64,000 bases of DNA from an uncultured Kiritimatiellota bacterium (GTDB lineage Bacteria; Verrucomicrobiota; Kiritimatiellia; RFP12; UBA1067), in NCBI GenBank assembly GCA_934643865.1, contig CAKUCX010000007.1:7766-71765 (forward strand), written 5' to 3'. Below are positions 36,695-46,300 of this stretch, piece after piece (position 1 is the stretch's first letter; each line of letters opens with the position of its first letter). The translations under genes and the position numbers were made by a program. A model generated the notes under the pieces. The model was not told the DNA's origin. It did no database searches and saw nothing but the letters and a program-made list of their open reading frames with translations.

Positions 36695-36713
36695 TTTTCA
36701 TTGGCAATGAAAA
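36695..36713. promoter_or_regulatory. AT-rich perfect palindrome TTTTCATTG-G-CAATGAAAA just upstream of the PATR gene RBS (possible operator)
   Basis: Read directly: 9-bp arms with a 1-nt centre. It is embedded in a GC-rich background, 16 nt upstream of the ATG at 36679. Confidence 0.35.
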
Positions 36714-36735
36714 CCCTCGACGTTGGGGGCCGTCC

Positions 36736-37968
36736 TCACTCATACCGCAGGCAGTCGATCGGGTTGAGGCGGCTCGCGCGCCAGGCGGGGTAGAAGCCGA
36801 AGAACATGCCCACAAAGGACGAAAAGAGGAACGCGGCCGCCGTCGAGCCCGTCTCGACGAGGATCGGCCACCCCAGCACGCCCCCCAGCCATTCGGCGCC
36901 CCCCACGCCGAGCGCGACGCCGACGCCGCCGCCGACGGTGGAGAGGAAGACCGACTCCAGGATGAACTGCGCGAGGATGTTCGCGGGCGTCGCGCCGATG
37001 GCCATCCGAAGGCCGATCTCGCGGATGCGCTCCGTCACCGAGACGAGCATGATGTTCATGATTCCGATGCCGCCCACGAGGAGCGAGATCGCCGCGACGG
37101 CCGCGAGGAGCACCGTCATCGTGTTCGAGACGCCGCTCATGGTGGAGGTGATCTCGGCCATGTCGATGATGCGGAAGTCGTCGGCCACCTCGTCGCCGAG
37201 GCGGTGGCGCTGGCGCAGGAGCGCGCCGATCTCGCGCTTCGCCTCCTCGATCTGGTCCATCGAGTAGAGCGAGAGCTTCAGCTGGCGCACGTTGTCCGGG
37301 AACGTGGAGGCCTGCAGGACGCGCTTGACGGTCGTGTAGGGCGCGAGGACGGCGTCGTCCTGGTCCTGACCGAAGCCGCCCACGCCCTTCACGTCCATGA
37401 CGCCCTTCACCTTGAACGGCATGTTGCCGATGCGGATCGTGCGCCCGACGGCCTCGCCGTCCGGGAAGAGGTTCGAGGCGACCGTGCGCCCCAGCACGCA
37501 GACGCGCGCGCTCTGGCGCTCCTCCTGCTCGTTGAAGTAGTCGCCGTCGGCGACGTCCCAGTTGCGGATCGTCGTGAACTCGGTCGAGACGCCGTAGACC
37601 GTCGTGTTCCAGTTCTTGTCCGCGTAGATCACCTGCATCTGCGTGCGCACCTCGGGGCTTTCGGCCTTCACGAGGTGCGCGAGTTCGCGGCGGATCGCGA
37701 GGCCGTCGGACGCCGTGAGCGACTGCCCCTCCCCCGCGCCGCCATGCACGCCCGCCGCCGTGTGCCGCTGCTCGCTGAAGATCATCACCACGTTGTCGCC
37801 CATCTTCGCGATCTGGGCGACCATGTTCTGGCTCGCGCCCTTGCCGATCGCCAGCACCACGATCACGGCCGCGATGCCGAAGATGATGCCGAGCATCGTG
37901 AGCGCGCTGCGCGTCTTGTTACGCCAGATCGCCTTGACGGCGACCTTGAAGATCATGAGGAGGTTCAT
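36736..37968 (-). CDS. ABC transporter permease, FtsX/MacB-type
   Basis: [36 protein letters not shown]...; large periplasmic loop; C-terminal FtsX-like TM bundle. Confidence 0.9.
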   Translation of the reverse strand: MNLLMIFKVAVKAIWRNKTRSALTMLGIIFGIAAVIVVLAIGKGASQNMVAQIAKMGDNVVMIFSEQRHTAAGVHGGAGEGQSLTASDGLAIRRELAHLVKAESPEVRTQMQVIYADKNWNTTVYGVSTEFTTIRNWDVADGDYFNEQEERQSARVCVLGRTVASNLFPDGEAVGRTIRIGNMPFKVKGVMDVKGVGGFGQDQDDAVLAPYTTVKRVLQASTFPDNVRQLKLSLYSMDQIEEAKREIGALLRQRHRLGDEVADDFRIIDMAEITSTMSGVSNTMTVLLAAVAAISLLVGGIGIMNIMLVSVTERIREIGLRMAIGATPANILAQFILESVFLSTVGGGVGVALGVGGAEWLGGVLGWPILVETGSTAAAFLFSSFVGMFFGFYPAWRASRLNPIDCLRYE

Positions 37969-38651
37969 CGCCTGTCGTCCTTGATGAGGTGGCCGTCGCG
38001 CATGAGGAGGTGGCGCTTTGCGTAGGCGGCGATGTCGTCCTCGTGCGTGACCATGACGATGGTGATGCCCTCGTTGGAGAGCGCGGTGAAGAGGTTCATG
38101 ATCTCAATGGAACTCTTCGTGTCGAGGTTGCCGGTGGGCTCGTCGGCGAAGAGGACGGGCGGCTCGTTCATGAGGGCGCGGGCGATGGCGACGCGCTGCT
38201 GCTGTCCGCCGGAGAGCTGCGCGGGCGTGTGCGTGCCGCGTCCGCCAAGACCCACGCGCGCGAGAAGGTCGAGCGCCCGCGCCCGGCGGGCGGCGCGTCC
38301 GAGGCGGCCGAGGTAGAAGTCGGGCAGCTCCACGTTCTCGATCGCGCTCGTGCGGGCGAGGAGGTTGAAGTTCTGGAAGACGAAGCCGAGCTTGCGGTTG
38401 CGGATGTGCGCGAGCTCCGTGCGCGAGCGGCGCGCGACCTCGATGCCGTCCAGCAGGTAGCTGCCGCTCGTGGGCGTGTCGAGGCAGCCGAGGATGTTCA
38501 GCATCGTCGACTTTCCGCTGCCGGAGGCGCCCATGATCGCGACGAACTCGCCCGCGTCGATCGTGAGCGACACGCCGTCCAGCGCCGCGACCGGCTCCTC
38601 GCCGAGCGCGTAGATCTTGCGGAGATCCCGGATTTCGATTAGGTGGCTCAT
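37965..38651 (-). CDS. ABC transporter ATP-binding protein (MacB/LolD-type)
   Basis: Walker [10 protein letters not shown], signature [15 protein letters not shown], Walker [13 protein letters not shown]. Confidence 0.95.
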   Translation of the reverse strand: MSHLIEIRDLRKIYALGEEPVAALDGVSLTIDAGEFVAIMGASGSGKSTMLNILGCLDTPTSGSYLLDGIEVARRSRTELAHIRNRKLGFVFQNFNLLARTSAIENVELPDFYLGRLGRAARRARALDLLARVGLGGRGTHTPAQLSGGQQQRVAIARALMNEPPVLFADEPTGNLDTKSSIEIMNLFTALSNEGITIVMVTHEDDIAAYAKRHLLMRDGHLIKDDRR

Positions 38652-38670
38652 CGATTGGAGGAGGACGGGA

Positions 38671-39927
38671 TCAGGGCGGCGGCGGCGCGCCGCTCTTCTT
38701 GTTCTTGTCGCGGGACGGGTGCTTCGGCATGAACGGGTTGTTCGCGCCGTCCGGCGCCGCGCCCGCCTTCGGCGCGACGGCGACGCCGAGGATGGCCTCG
38801 CGGCCTTCGAGGGCGGCGTCCTGCGAGCGGATCTCGGTGAAGCTGCCGTCGCTCAGCCCCGTCTCCACCACCAGCCGCTCGGGCCGTCCGTCAGTCCCCA
38901 GCAGATGGAGCGCCCGCCCCTTCTCCGCCGGCGGCCGCGCGTCGTGCGCCGCGGCGGCGGGATGGTAGCGGAATGCGGCGGAGGTGACGGCAAGCACATC
39001 GCGCACCGCGTCGACGTGGACGGAGATGTTGGCCGTCATGCCGGGGAAGAGCTTCCCGCCCGGGTTCTCGGCCTCGATGATCACGGGATAGGTGACGACG
39101 CTCGACGTCGTGGTGGAGGCCATGCGCACCTGGGTGACCTCGCCCGTGAAGGTGACGCCCGCGTAGGAATCGACCGTGAAGGTGACGGACTGCCCGTCCT
39201 TGACGCTCCCGATGTCCGCCTCCGGCACCGTCGCCTCCACCTGGATGCGCCGGAGGTCGGTCGCGAGCTTCAGGAGCGGCACGGCGTTCATGGAGGAGAC
39301 GACCGTCTGGCCCTCGTCCACGGAGCGCGTGATCACCACGCCGTCCACGGGCGAAAGGATCGTGCAGTAGTCGAGGTTGGCCTTCGCCTGGCTCACGCTC
39401 GCCTGGCTCTTCTCCACGCTCGCCTTCGCGGCGGCGAGGGCGGCGCGCCCCGTGTCGCGCGCCTCCAGGGCGCTGTCGTAGTCCGCGACCGGCGCCATCT
39501 CCTTCTTCACGAGCTCCCGCTTGCGGGTAAGCGTCTTCTCGGCGAGCGCGAGCTGCGCCTCGCACTTCTTGACGTTCGCCTCGTTCGCGTGGAGTTCGCC
39601 GAGGGCGCTCTTGTAGTTCGCCTCGTAGACCTGCGGGTCGATGAGGGCGACGACCTGCCCGTTCGTGACGACGGAGTTGTAGTCCACGAAGAGCTTGACG
39701 ATGCGGCCGTTCACCTGCGCGCCGACCTCAACCTCCTTGATCGGCTGCACGGTGCCCGTGGCCTCCACGGTGCGGAAGATGTCCGTGCGGACGACCCTCG
39801 CCGTGCGGTAGTGGACAACGGCGGCCTCGGTCTTCCGCGCGTCGAGGAACCGCACGACGCCGTAGGCCGCGCCGCCCAGCACCGCGAGCCAGACGCCCGT
39901 CTTGACGAGCGTGTTAGTCCATTTCAT
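38671..39927 (-). CDS. Efflux periplasmic adaptor (HlyD/MacA membrane fusion protein family)
   Basis: N-terminal TM anchor, a coiled-coil hairpin segment (ANVKKCEAQLALAEKTL...), and barrel-sandwich motifs. Its start overlaps the stop of the upstream OMP gene. Confidence 0.88.
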   Translation of the reverse strand: MKWTNTLVKTGVWLAVLGGAAYGVVRFLDARKTEAAVVHYRTARVVRTDIFRTVEATGTVQPIKEVEVGAQVNGRIVKLFVDYNSVVTNGQVVALIDPQVYEANYKSALGELHANEANVKKCEAQLALAEKTLTRKRELVKKEMAPVADYDSALEARDTGRAALAAAKASVEKSQASVSQAKANLDYCTILSPVDGVVITRSVDEGQTVVSSMNAVPLLKLATDLRRIQVEATVPEADIGSVKDGQSVTFTVDSYAGVTFTGEVTQVRMASTTTSSVVTYPVIIEAENPGGKLFPGMTANISVHVDAVRDVLAVTSAAFRYHPAAAAHDARPPAEKGRALHLLGTDGRPERLVVETGLSDGSFTEIRSQDAALEGREAILGVAVAPKAGAAPDGANNPFMPKHPSRDKNKKSGAPPPP

Positions 39928-41368
39928 GATCCGTCACCTCCCGATGCGTTCCGTTCTCCTTCGCGCCCGCGCCCGCGCGCCCGGCATACGGCGGCACGCG
40001 CCCCGTCAGGCGGATGAGCGCGGCCTCGGCCGCCTCGCCGGCGTAGAAGGACTTGACGCGGGCGCCGAGCGCGTCCGCGAGCTTGTCCGCCGCGTCCGTG
40101 AAGTCGAGGCGGCAGGCGTCGCCCACGTTGTACTGCGCCTGCACGGTTTCGAGGTTTTCCCGGGCCTGTTCCACCTCGATGGACGCCGCCGCAAGCGCCT
40201 CGCGCGCGTTGTCGCGGGTCGCCACGGCGACGGCAAGGTCGTAGGAGAGCTTCTGCTCGGCGGCCTCCACGTCCGTGCGGGCGCGCTCCATCTCCACGAC
40301 GGCGGCATCGACCGCAATCTGCCTGCGGTAACCGTCGAGGAGGGTCTGCACGGCCTTGAAGCCCCAGCTCCAGTTCCAGGCCGGGTCCGCGAAGGAGAAG
40401 GCCGAGGAGAGCGTCAGTTCCGGCAGCAGGTCCGCCACCGCGTAGTCCACCCGCGCGCTCGCCGCGCGCAGCTTCGCGCGCAGCACCATCAGCGCGGGCG
40501 CGTTCGTGCGCGCGACGTACAGGCCCGCCACGGCATCGTAGTCCGTCGCGGGAAGTCCGGGGCCCCGGTCCGCCAGGGCGTCCCCGGCCACCGCGAACAC
40601 GTCCGCCCGCGTCGCGCGGTCCGCTTCGAGGCCCAGCGTGCGCAGGAACTCCGCGCCCGCCGTCACGACGTCGTTCGAGGCGTTGATCACCGCAAGGCGC
40701 GCAGTCGAAAGGTCCACCCGCGCCTTGAGGACGTCGAGCTTCTTCGCCTCGCCGGCCGCATAGAGGACTTCGCTCTCGCGCAGGTGCTCCGCGTGCATGA
40801 ACGCATTCGTGCGCGCCACCGCGAGGAGCGCGTCGTTGCGCCGCAGCGTGCAGTACGCCTGGGCGACCTCGTTGAACACGTCGAACTCGCCGTCCGCGAG
40901 ATCCCGTTCGGCCGCGACCAGGTTCTCGCGCGCCTCCAGCTCCCGCGCGTCGATCCGCCCGAAATCGCAGAGGAGGAGGTCGAACGACACGTCCGCCGTC
41001 CCCTTCCCGCGCGGCTGGCGCCAGGAGAAGTGGCTGCCGCCGTTCGCCGTCGCCTGGGAATAGCCGCCCGCGAGGCTCACCTGCAGCGCGCGGTCGGACG
41101 TGACCTGCCGGAGCGCCAGCACGGCGTTCGACACCGCAAGGCGCGAGGCCGCCAGGCTCGGGCGGTTCGTGAGCGCGAACGCCGCATAGTCGAAGAGATC
41201 CGCGCCGCGCAGGTCGACGCGCGCCGCGGCGTTCGACGCGACGGCCCAGTCGTTCGTCGCCGGCGCGACGCCCTCCTGCGCCGCGCGCGCGCGGCTGACG
41301 GTCTCGCAGCCCGACAGGACGCCAAGCGCGCCCGCCGCCAGCAGCAGGAAACTGAAGATCCGGGACAT
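39914..41368 (-). CDS. TolC-family outer membrane efflux lipoprotein
   Basis: Starts at MSRIFSFLLLAAGALGVLSGC (lipobox LSGC), followed by two TolC-type repeat halves. The ATG at 41368 lies inside the longer ORF 39914..43072. Confidence 0.85.
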   Translation of the reverse strand: MSRIFSFLLLAAGALGVLSGCETVSRARAAQEGVAPATNDWAVASNAAARVDLRGADLFDYAAFALTNRPSLAASRLAVSNAVLALRQVTSDRALQVSLAGGYSQATANGGSHFSWRQPRGKGTADVSFDLLLCDFGRIDARELEARENLVAAERDLADGEFDVFNEVAQAYCTLRRNDALLAVARTNAFMHAEHLRESEVLYAAGEAKKLDVLKARVDLSTARLAVINASNDVVTAGAEFLRTLGLEADRATRADVFAVAGDALADRGPGLPATDYDAVAGLYVARTNAPALMVLRAKLRAASARVDYAVADLLPELTLSSAFSFADPAWNWSWGFKAVQTLLDGYRRQIAVDAAVVEMERARTDVEAAEQKLSYDLAVAVATRDNAREALAAASIEVEQARENLETVQAQYNVGDACRLDFTDAADKLADALGARVKSFYAGEAAEAALIRLTGRVPPYAGRAGAGAKENGTHREVTDHEMD

Positions 41369-42184
41369 GGCCCCAGTATAGCACACTCCCGCCGGACGCG
41401 GCGCCCGCCCGCCGAGCCGCGCCAGCTCGGCGGGCGTGAGGTCGCGCCATTCGCCGGGCCGGAGGTCTTCGGGGAGGCGCAGGGCGCCCACCGCGACGCG
41501 CTTCAGGGAGAGGACGACGAGATGCGCCGCGCTGCACATGTTTCGGATCTGGCGCTTGCGCCCCTCGCGCAGGCGGAAGGAGAGGACGGCCACGTTGTCG
41601 CGCCCGGCGGCGCGCACGACCTCGACGGAGGCGGGGCGCGTGACGTAGCCGTCGGGCATCGCGACGGGCCCGCGCAGGATGCGCAGCTTCTCGTCGCTCC
41701 ACCGCCCCGCGACGCGCACGAGGTACGTCTTCTCGTGTCCGTGGCGCGGATGCGTCAGGGCGAGCGTGAGCGCGCCGTCGTTGCTCATGAGGAGCAGCCC
41801 CTCGCTGTCCTTGTCGAGCCGCCCGACGGGGACGAGGCGCTCGCGGACCTTCCCGCGCAGGAGGTCGGCGACGGTCCGGCCGCCGCGGGGGTCGTCCAGG
41901 GTCGAGAGGACGCCGGCGGGCTTGTAGAGCATGACCGTGCGCGTCCGCTCGCGCGCGGCGGAGACCGCGCGGCCGTCCACCGCGATCTTCACGGCGGCGG
42001 GGTCGAAGCGCAGATAGGGCTCCGTCACGACGCGGCCGTCCACCGCGACGCGCCCCGCCGCGATCATGTCGGCCGCATGGCGGCGGCTCGCCACGCCAGC
42101 GTGGCTCAGGATGTTCTGGAGGCGCTCGCCCCCGGCCGGCGTCGGCCGGCGTTCCGCTTCGGCGGGAATCGCGTCGTCGTGCAT
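41369..42184 (-). CDS. Pseudouridine synthase (RsuA/RluB family) reading frame with no in-frame stop codon; it continues directly into the TolC-like ORF
   Basis: MHDDAIPAE...ERLQNILSHAGVASRRHAADMIAAGRVAVDGRVV (S4 domain), VGRLDKDSEGLLLMSNDG (catalytic Asp motif), ...GEWRDLTPAELARLGGRAPRPAGVCYTGA, and then the Met of the TolC-like gene in the same frame. I checked this codon by codon. Confidence 0.7.
41375..41385 (-). promoter_or_regulatory. Extended -10 element TGTGCTATACT, 6 nt upstream of the TolC-like ATG and inside the upstream reading frame
   Basis: The minus strand reads gggagTGTGCTATACTggggccATGTCCCGG. Confidence 0.4.
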
Positions 42185-42243
42185 CGTCACGTGCCCTTTC
42201 GTGCCCGGCGGCCCCTCAAGGCATGCGCCCGGCCCATCCCTGC

Positions 42244-43272
42244 TCAGCCGCCGGCCCTGACGAGGCAGGCGAGGCCCGCGACGAAGAGGAGGAGCATCGC
42301 GGCGTTGAGGACGTGCGCGCGCGCCGGCGCGCCGGCGAACTCCTTCCAGACGAGGATGCCCCAGAGCGCGGAGACGAGCGTCGCGCCCTGCCCGAGCGCG
42401 TAGGAGATCGCCGCGCCCGCCGTACCCGCCGTCACGAAGGAGAGGAGCGTGCCCGTCGCCCAGATCGCGCCGCCGAGGACGCCGACGAGGTGGATCGGCG
42501 GCGGGCCCCTGAACCAGTCCGCCCCCTTCACGGGCGCGCCCGCCACGGGCTTCTTCATCGCGAGCGTGTTGAAGACGAAGTTCGAGGCGAAGACGCCGCA
42601 GGCGAAGACGAAGAAGCCCGTGTAGGGCGTCATCTTCCCGGCGGCGGGCGCGGCCGCGCCCTGCGTGAACGCCATGTCGACGACGCGGTTCACGAGCGGC
42701 GAGAACCAACTCATGAGGAGGCCCGCGAGAATCGCGAGGACAAGCCCCTTGCGCGCCGAACCCGGCGCGCCGGACGCGCCGCCGCGCGCCTGCTTCGCCC
42801 GGAACGCAAGCGCGTTGCAGACGATCGACACGACGATGAGCGCAAGCCCCGTCCAGATGAGCGCGGCGTTCCCCTTGCCGTCCACGAAGTAGTTCGCCAC
42901 CGTGCCGCCCACGAGCGCGAGGCCGACGCCGACCGGGAAGGCGACGGACATGCCCGCGACGGCGATCGCGGCCGCGAGGAGGATGTTGGACGCGTTGAAG
43001 ACGACGCCGCCGAGGAACGGCCACGTCCAGCTCGCGCCGCAGCTCGCCCGGAGGTTCGCCGCGAAGCCCCACGCGCCGTGCGCGCCCGCCGAGCCCATCG
43101 TGAAGCCCGCGAGGACGGAGAAGAGGAGAAGCCCGATCACGTAGTCCCAGTAGAAGAGCTCGTAGCGCCAGCTCTTCCCCGCGAGCTTCTGGGTGTTGCC
43201 CCAGCTCCCCCAGCAGAGCATCGTGACGACGCAGAGCAGGACGGCCAGCGCATAGTTTGAGCAGTAGTACAT
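42244..43272 (-). CDS. GRP/DMT-family sugar transporter (glucose/ribose/rhamnose uptake-like permease)
   Basis: Starts at MYYCSNYALAVLLCVVTMLCWGSWGNTQKLAGKSWRYELFYWDYVIG; 10-TM pattern. The family assignment is from memory of GRP-family sequences. Confidence 0.6.
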   Translation of the reverse strand: MYYCSNYALAVLLCVVTMLCWGSWGNTQKLAGKSWRYELFYWDYVIGLLLFSVLAGFTMGSAGAHGAWGFAANLRASCGASWTWPFLGGVVFNASNILLAAAIAVAGMSVAFPVGVGLALVGGTVANYFVDGKGNAALIWTGLALIVVSIVCNALAFRAKQARGGASGAPGSARKGLVLAILAGLLMSWFSPLVNRVVDMAFTQGAAAPAAGKMTPYTGFFVFACGVFASNFVFNTLAMKKPVAGAPVKGADWFRGPPPIHLVGVLGGAIWATGTLLSFVTAGTAGAAISYALGQGATLVSALWGILVWKEFAGAPARAHVLNAAMLLLFVAGLACLVRAGG

Positions 43273-43345
43273 GGGCGGATTCCCTTCTTTTTCATTTTCA
43301 TTTTTTGCGGGCGCAGGCGCGCCCCGGAACGAGAAAGCCCTTCCC

Positions 43346-46300
43346 TCACTTCTTCCAGTTGACGACGACCTCGTCGTACAGCGCACGGAAGTCGACGGTC
43401 TCGACATGCCCGTTCGCGAACGTCGTGCGCTGCACGAGGCGGTCGGGCGTCAGATACTCGAACGCCGTCATGCGGCTGAACATCGTCGCCCGCGCCGACG
43501 GCACGGCGCGCCGGTAGGAGGCCGCCACCTCGTGCTTGAGCCTGTTCCAGGTCGCGACGTTCATCGAGTAGATCGGCGGCAGGCCCCAGAGGCGGCAGAA
43601 GGCGTCCTTCAGCGGCGCGAGCTGCGGATACATGAGCGTGGAGTCGGCCCAGTACCAGTAGCTCACCGTGCAGTCGTGGTAGACGAGCTCCCAGAGCGGG
43701 ATGCGGTACTTGGGGTTGTGGAGGAGCGTGCGCGTCGCCTCGGGGATCTCGTCGCCGTAGAGCGCACGGTCCTTGTAGCGCCAGCAGAGCGCCTTGCGGA
43801 ATTCGTGCGGGCAGCTCGTGAGCCCTTCGGAATAGTGGAAGGCGTCGACGAGCAGCTCGTTCCCCACCTCCACGCCCACGACGAGCCCGAGATCGTCCGC
43901 AAGGTAACGGTGTTCGGCGCGCAGGGCCTCCAGCGCCTGGGCCGCCGTGCAGGGATGCGATGCGGAGAAGCACGGCACGGGGCCGCCCGCCGCCTGGACG
44001 TCCATGAGGCGCGACGTGTAGCCGCGCGCCGCGACGTCGGGCGCAATCAGGGTTCTGCACATCTCGGGGGCGAGCAGGTCGCAGAGGGCGTGCATCGGGT
44101 GCATCTTCCCGGCCTTGTCGGGGATGCTCCAGGCGCGCGCGAATGAACCATCCGCATTTACGCGCGCCACGCGGTCCGCAAACGGCAGGAAGCGCGCGGC
44201 GCGCACGAAGTTCGACGGATTCGCCACGGACACGAGACCGGGATGGAAGATGTCGCGCAGGCAGTCGTACGTGCCCGAGAGGTAGCCGAGCTTCGCGAGC
44301 GCGGCGCAGTCCGCCGCCGAAAGCCCCTCGAAGGCGTTCAGCAGCACGCGGTCGAGGCCCAGCGCCTTCATCTCCGCCGCGAGGCGCGGCACGTCGTACG
44401 GCGCGGATTCCTTCACGAGCGGCCAATTGTAGAGGCGGTTCTGGTTGTTGTCGTCCCACAGCCAGAAGTCGGCCGTTCCCGGGAAATCGCGGAGGCGTGG
44501 ATTCGCCTTCGCCTTTTCGGCGAGCGTGCGCACGCGCCCCTGCCGTTCGCGCCAGGCGCGGTAGGGCGCCGCGACGGCGCCGAGGGACGTGCCGAAGAAG
44601 AAACGCAGCCGCCGGTCGTAGCCCCAGCGCCCCGCGGCGGGACGCCAGGAAACGCCGGCCCGGTACGGCGCGTTCGTCCGGCACACGAGCGCGGCGTCGA
44701 GGCCGTTCTCCACGCCCGTCATCGCGAAGACGCCGCCGCGCCCCACGCCGAAGAAGCCCATCGCGGCGCGCATGCCGTTGGCGAAGTTGTAGCGCGTGCC
44801 GTTGAAGCGCACGGCCGGGTCCGCGACGGGGTAGGAGACGCCCTCGCCGAACGGCAGGACCAGGTCGTCGCCCGCCTGCGTCTCCCAGCCGGCGGGGTAG
44901 TCGAGCGGACGGGTCATCCGCCGGTCGGCGGGCGCCGAAAGGGCGAGCGTGAGCGCCCCCTCCGCATCGCGCGCCCAGACGGCCCGCACCGGGCCGTCCG
45001 CCGTCGTGAGTTCCAGTTCCACGCGGTCCTCCGTCCGGGCCAGCACCGTCGTCGGCGCGGCGCTCGCCGCGCGGAACGTCGCGCCGCCGAACGTCGCCGA
45101 GACGCCCCCGCCGTCGGCCGACCAGGCGACGGGGCCGAACGTCTCCGGCGGCGGGCCGGCGGGGCGTTCACGCGCCGGGCGGTCCGACATCTCGAAGACG
45201 AGTTCACCGCCCGCCATGATGTCCCGGTAGTGGATCGTCGGCCCCGCGACGGGCCTGCCGTTGAGCGCGACCGACCGCACGTAGAGGTTCTTCTCCGAAA
45301 GGCCCCGCGCCGTCACGCGGAAGGACGCGCCGCCCGGAAGGCGGAGCGTCGCGCCGGGAACCTGCGGCGCGCCCAGGACGAACGCCCCGCTCGCGGGATT
45401 GACGGGGTAGAACCCGAGGCAGGCGAAGACGTACCAGGCGCTCATCTCCCCGTGGTCCTCGTTGCCGCAGAGCCCGTCCGGCGCGTTGCGGTAGAACTTC
45501 CGCGACAGGTGGCGGATGCGCTCGGCCGTCCGGTCCGGGCGGTCCGCGTACTGATAGAGGTAGGGGATGTGGTGGCTCGGCTCGTTGCCCTGCACGTACT
45601 GCCCCTCAAGCCCCGTCACGTCGGGGGAGGTGTGGGCCGCGTCCAGGTCGGACGGCAGGGCGAAAAGCTCGTCGAGGAGCGCCGCCGCGCGCGCCTTCCC
45701 GCCCAGCGCCGCGACGAGCGCCTCCGGGTCCTGCAGGACGTGCCAGCGCCACTGCCAGGCGTTCCCCTCGGTGAAGTCGCCCTCCCAGCTCGACTCGTGG
45801 CCGCAGCGGTAGGGGTCGAAGGGCTCGCGCCACGTGCCGTCGGCCTTGCGCCCGCGCATGAAGCCCGTCTTCGCGTCGAAGACGTTCCGCCAGTTCTCCG
45901 CGCGCTTCGCGAAGAAGGCCGCGTCCTCGGCGTGCCCCATCGCCGCCGCCATCCGGGCGGCGCACCAGTCGTCGTAGGAGCATTCGAGCGTGCGCGAGAC
46001 GCCCTCGCCCTTGAGCTTGTCGCACGGGTAGTAGCCGTAGCGGTCGAGCAGGTCCCAGTCCTCCTTCACGCGCGCGGGGTGGCGCTCGCGCAGCGTCTGG
46101 CGGACGATGCGCCAGGCGCGCGCCCAGTCGACGCCCTCGAAGCCCTTGAAGTACGCCTCGGCGATGACGGCGACGGCGTGCGTCGCGATCATGCACTGTG
46201 AATCGCGCCCCCACTTCGGCAGGACGGGCAGGAACCCGGCGGCCTCGCCGTGGGCGACGAGCGAGTTGACGAAGTCCGCGACGTACTCGGGCGCGAGGAT

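Noticed and set aside
43273-43345. Hairpin GGGCGC-GCCT-GCGCCC between the GH92 fusion and the sugar permease as a terminator
   Set aside because: On the transcribed (minus) strand it is followed by an A-run, not a U-run, so it does not look like an intrinsic terminator. The genes are probably co-transcribed.
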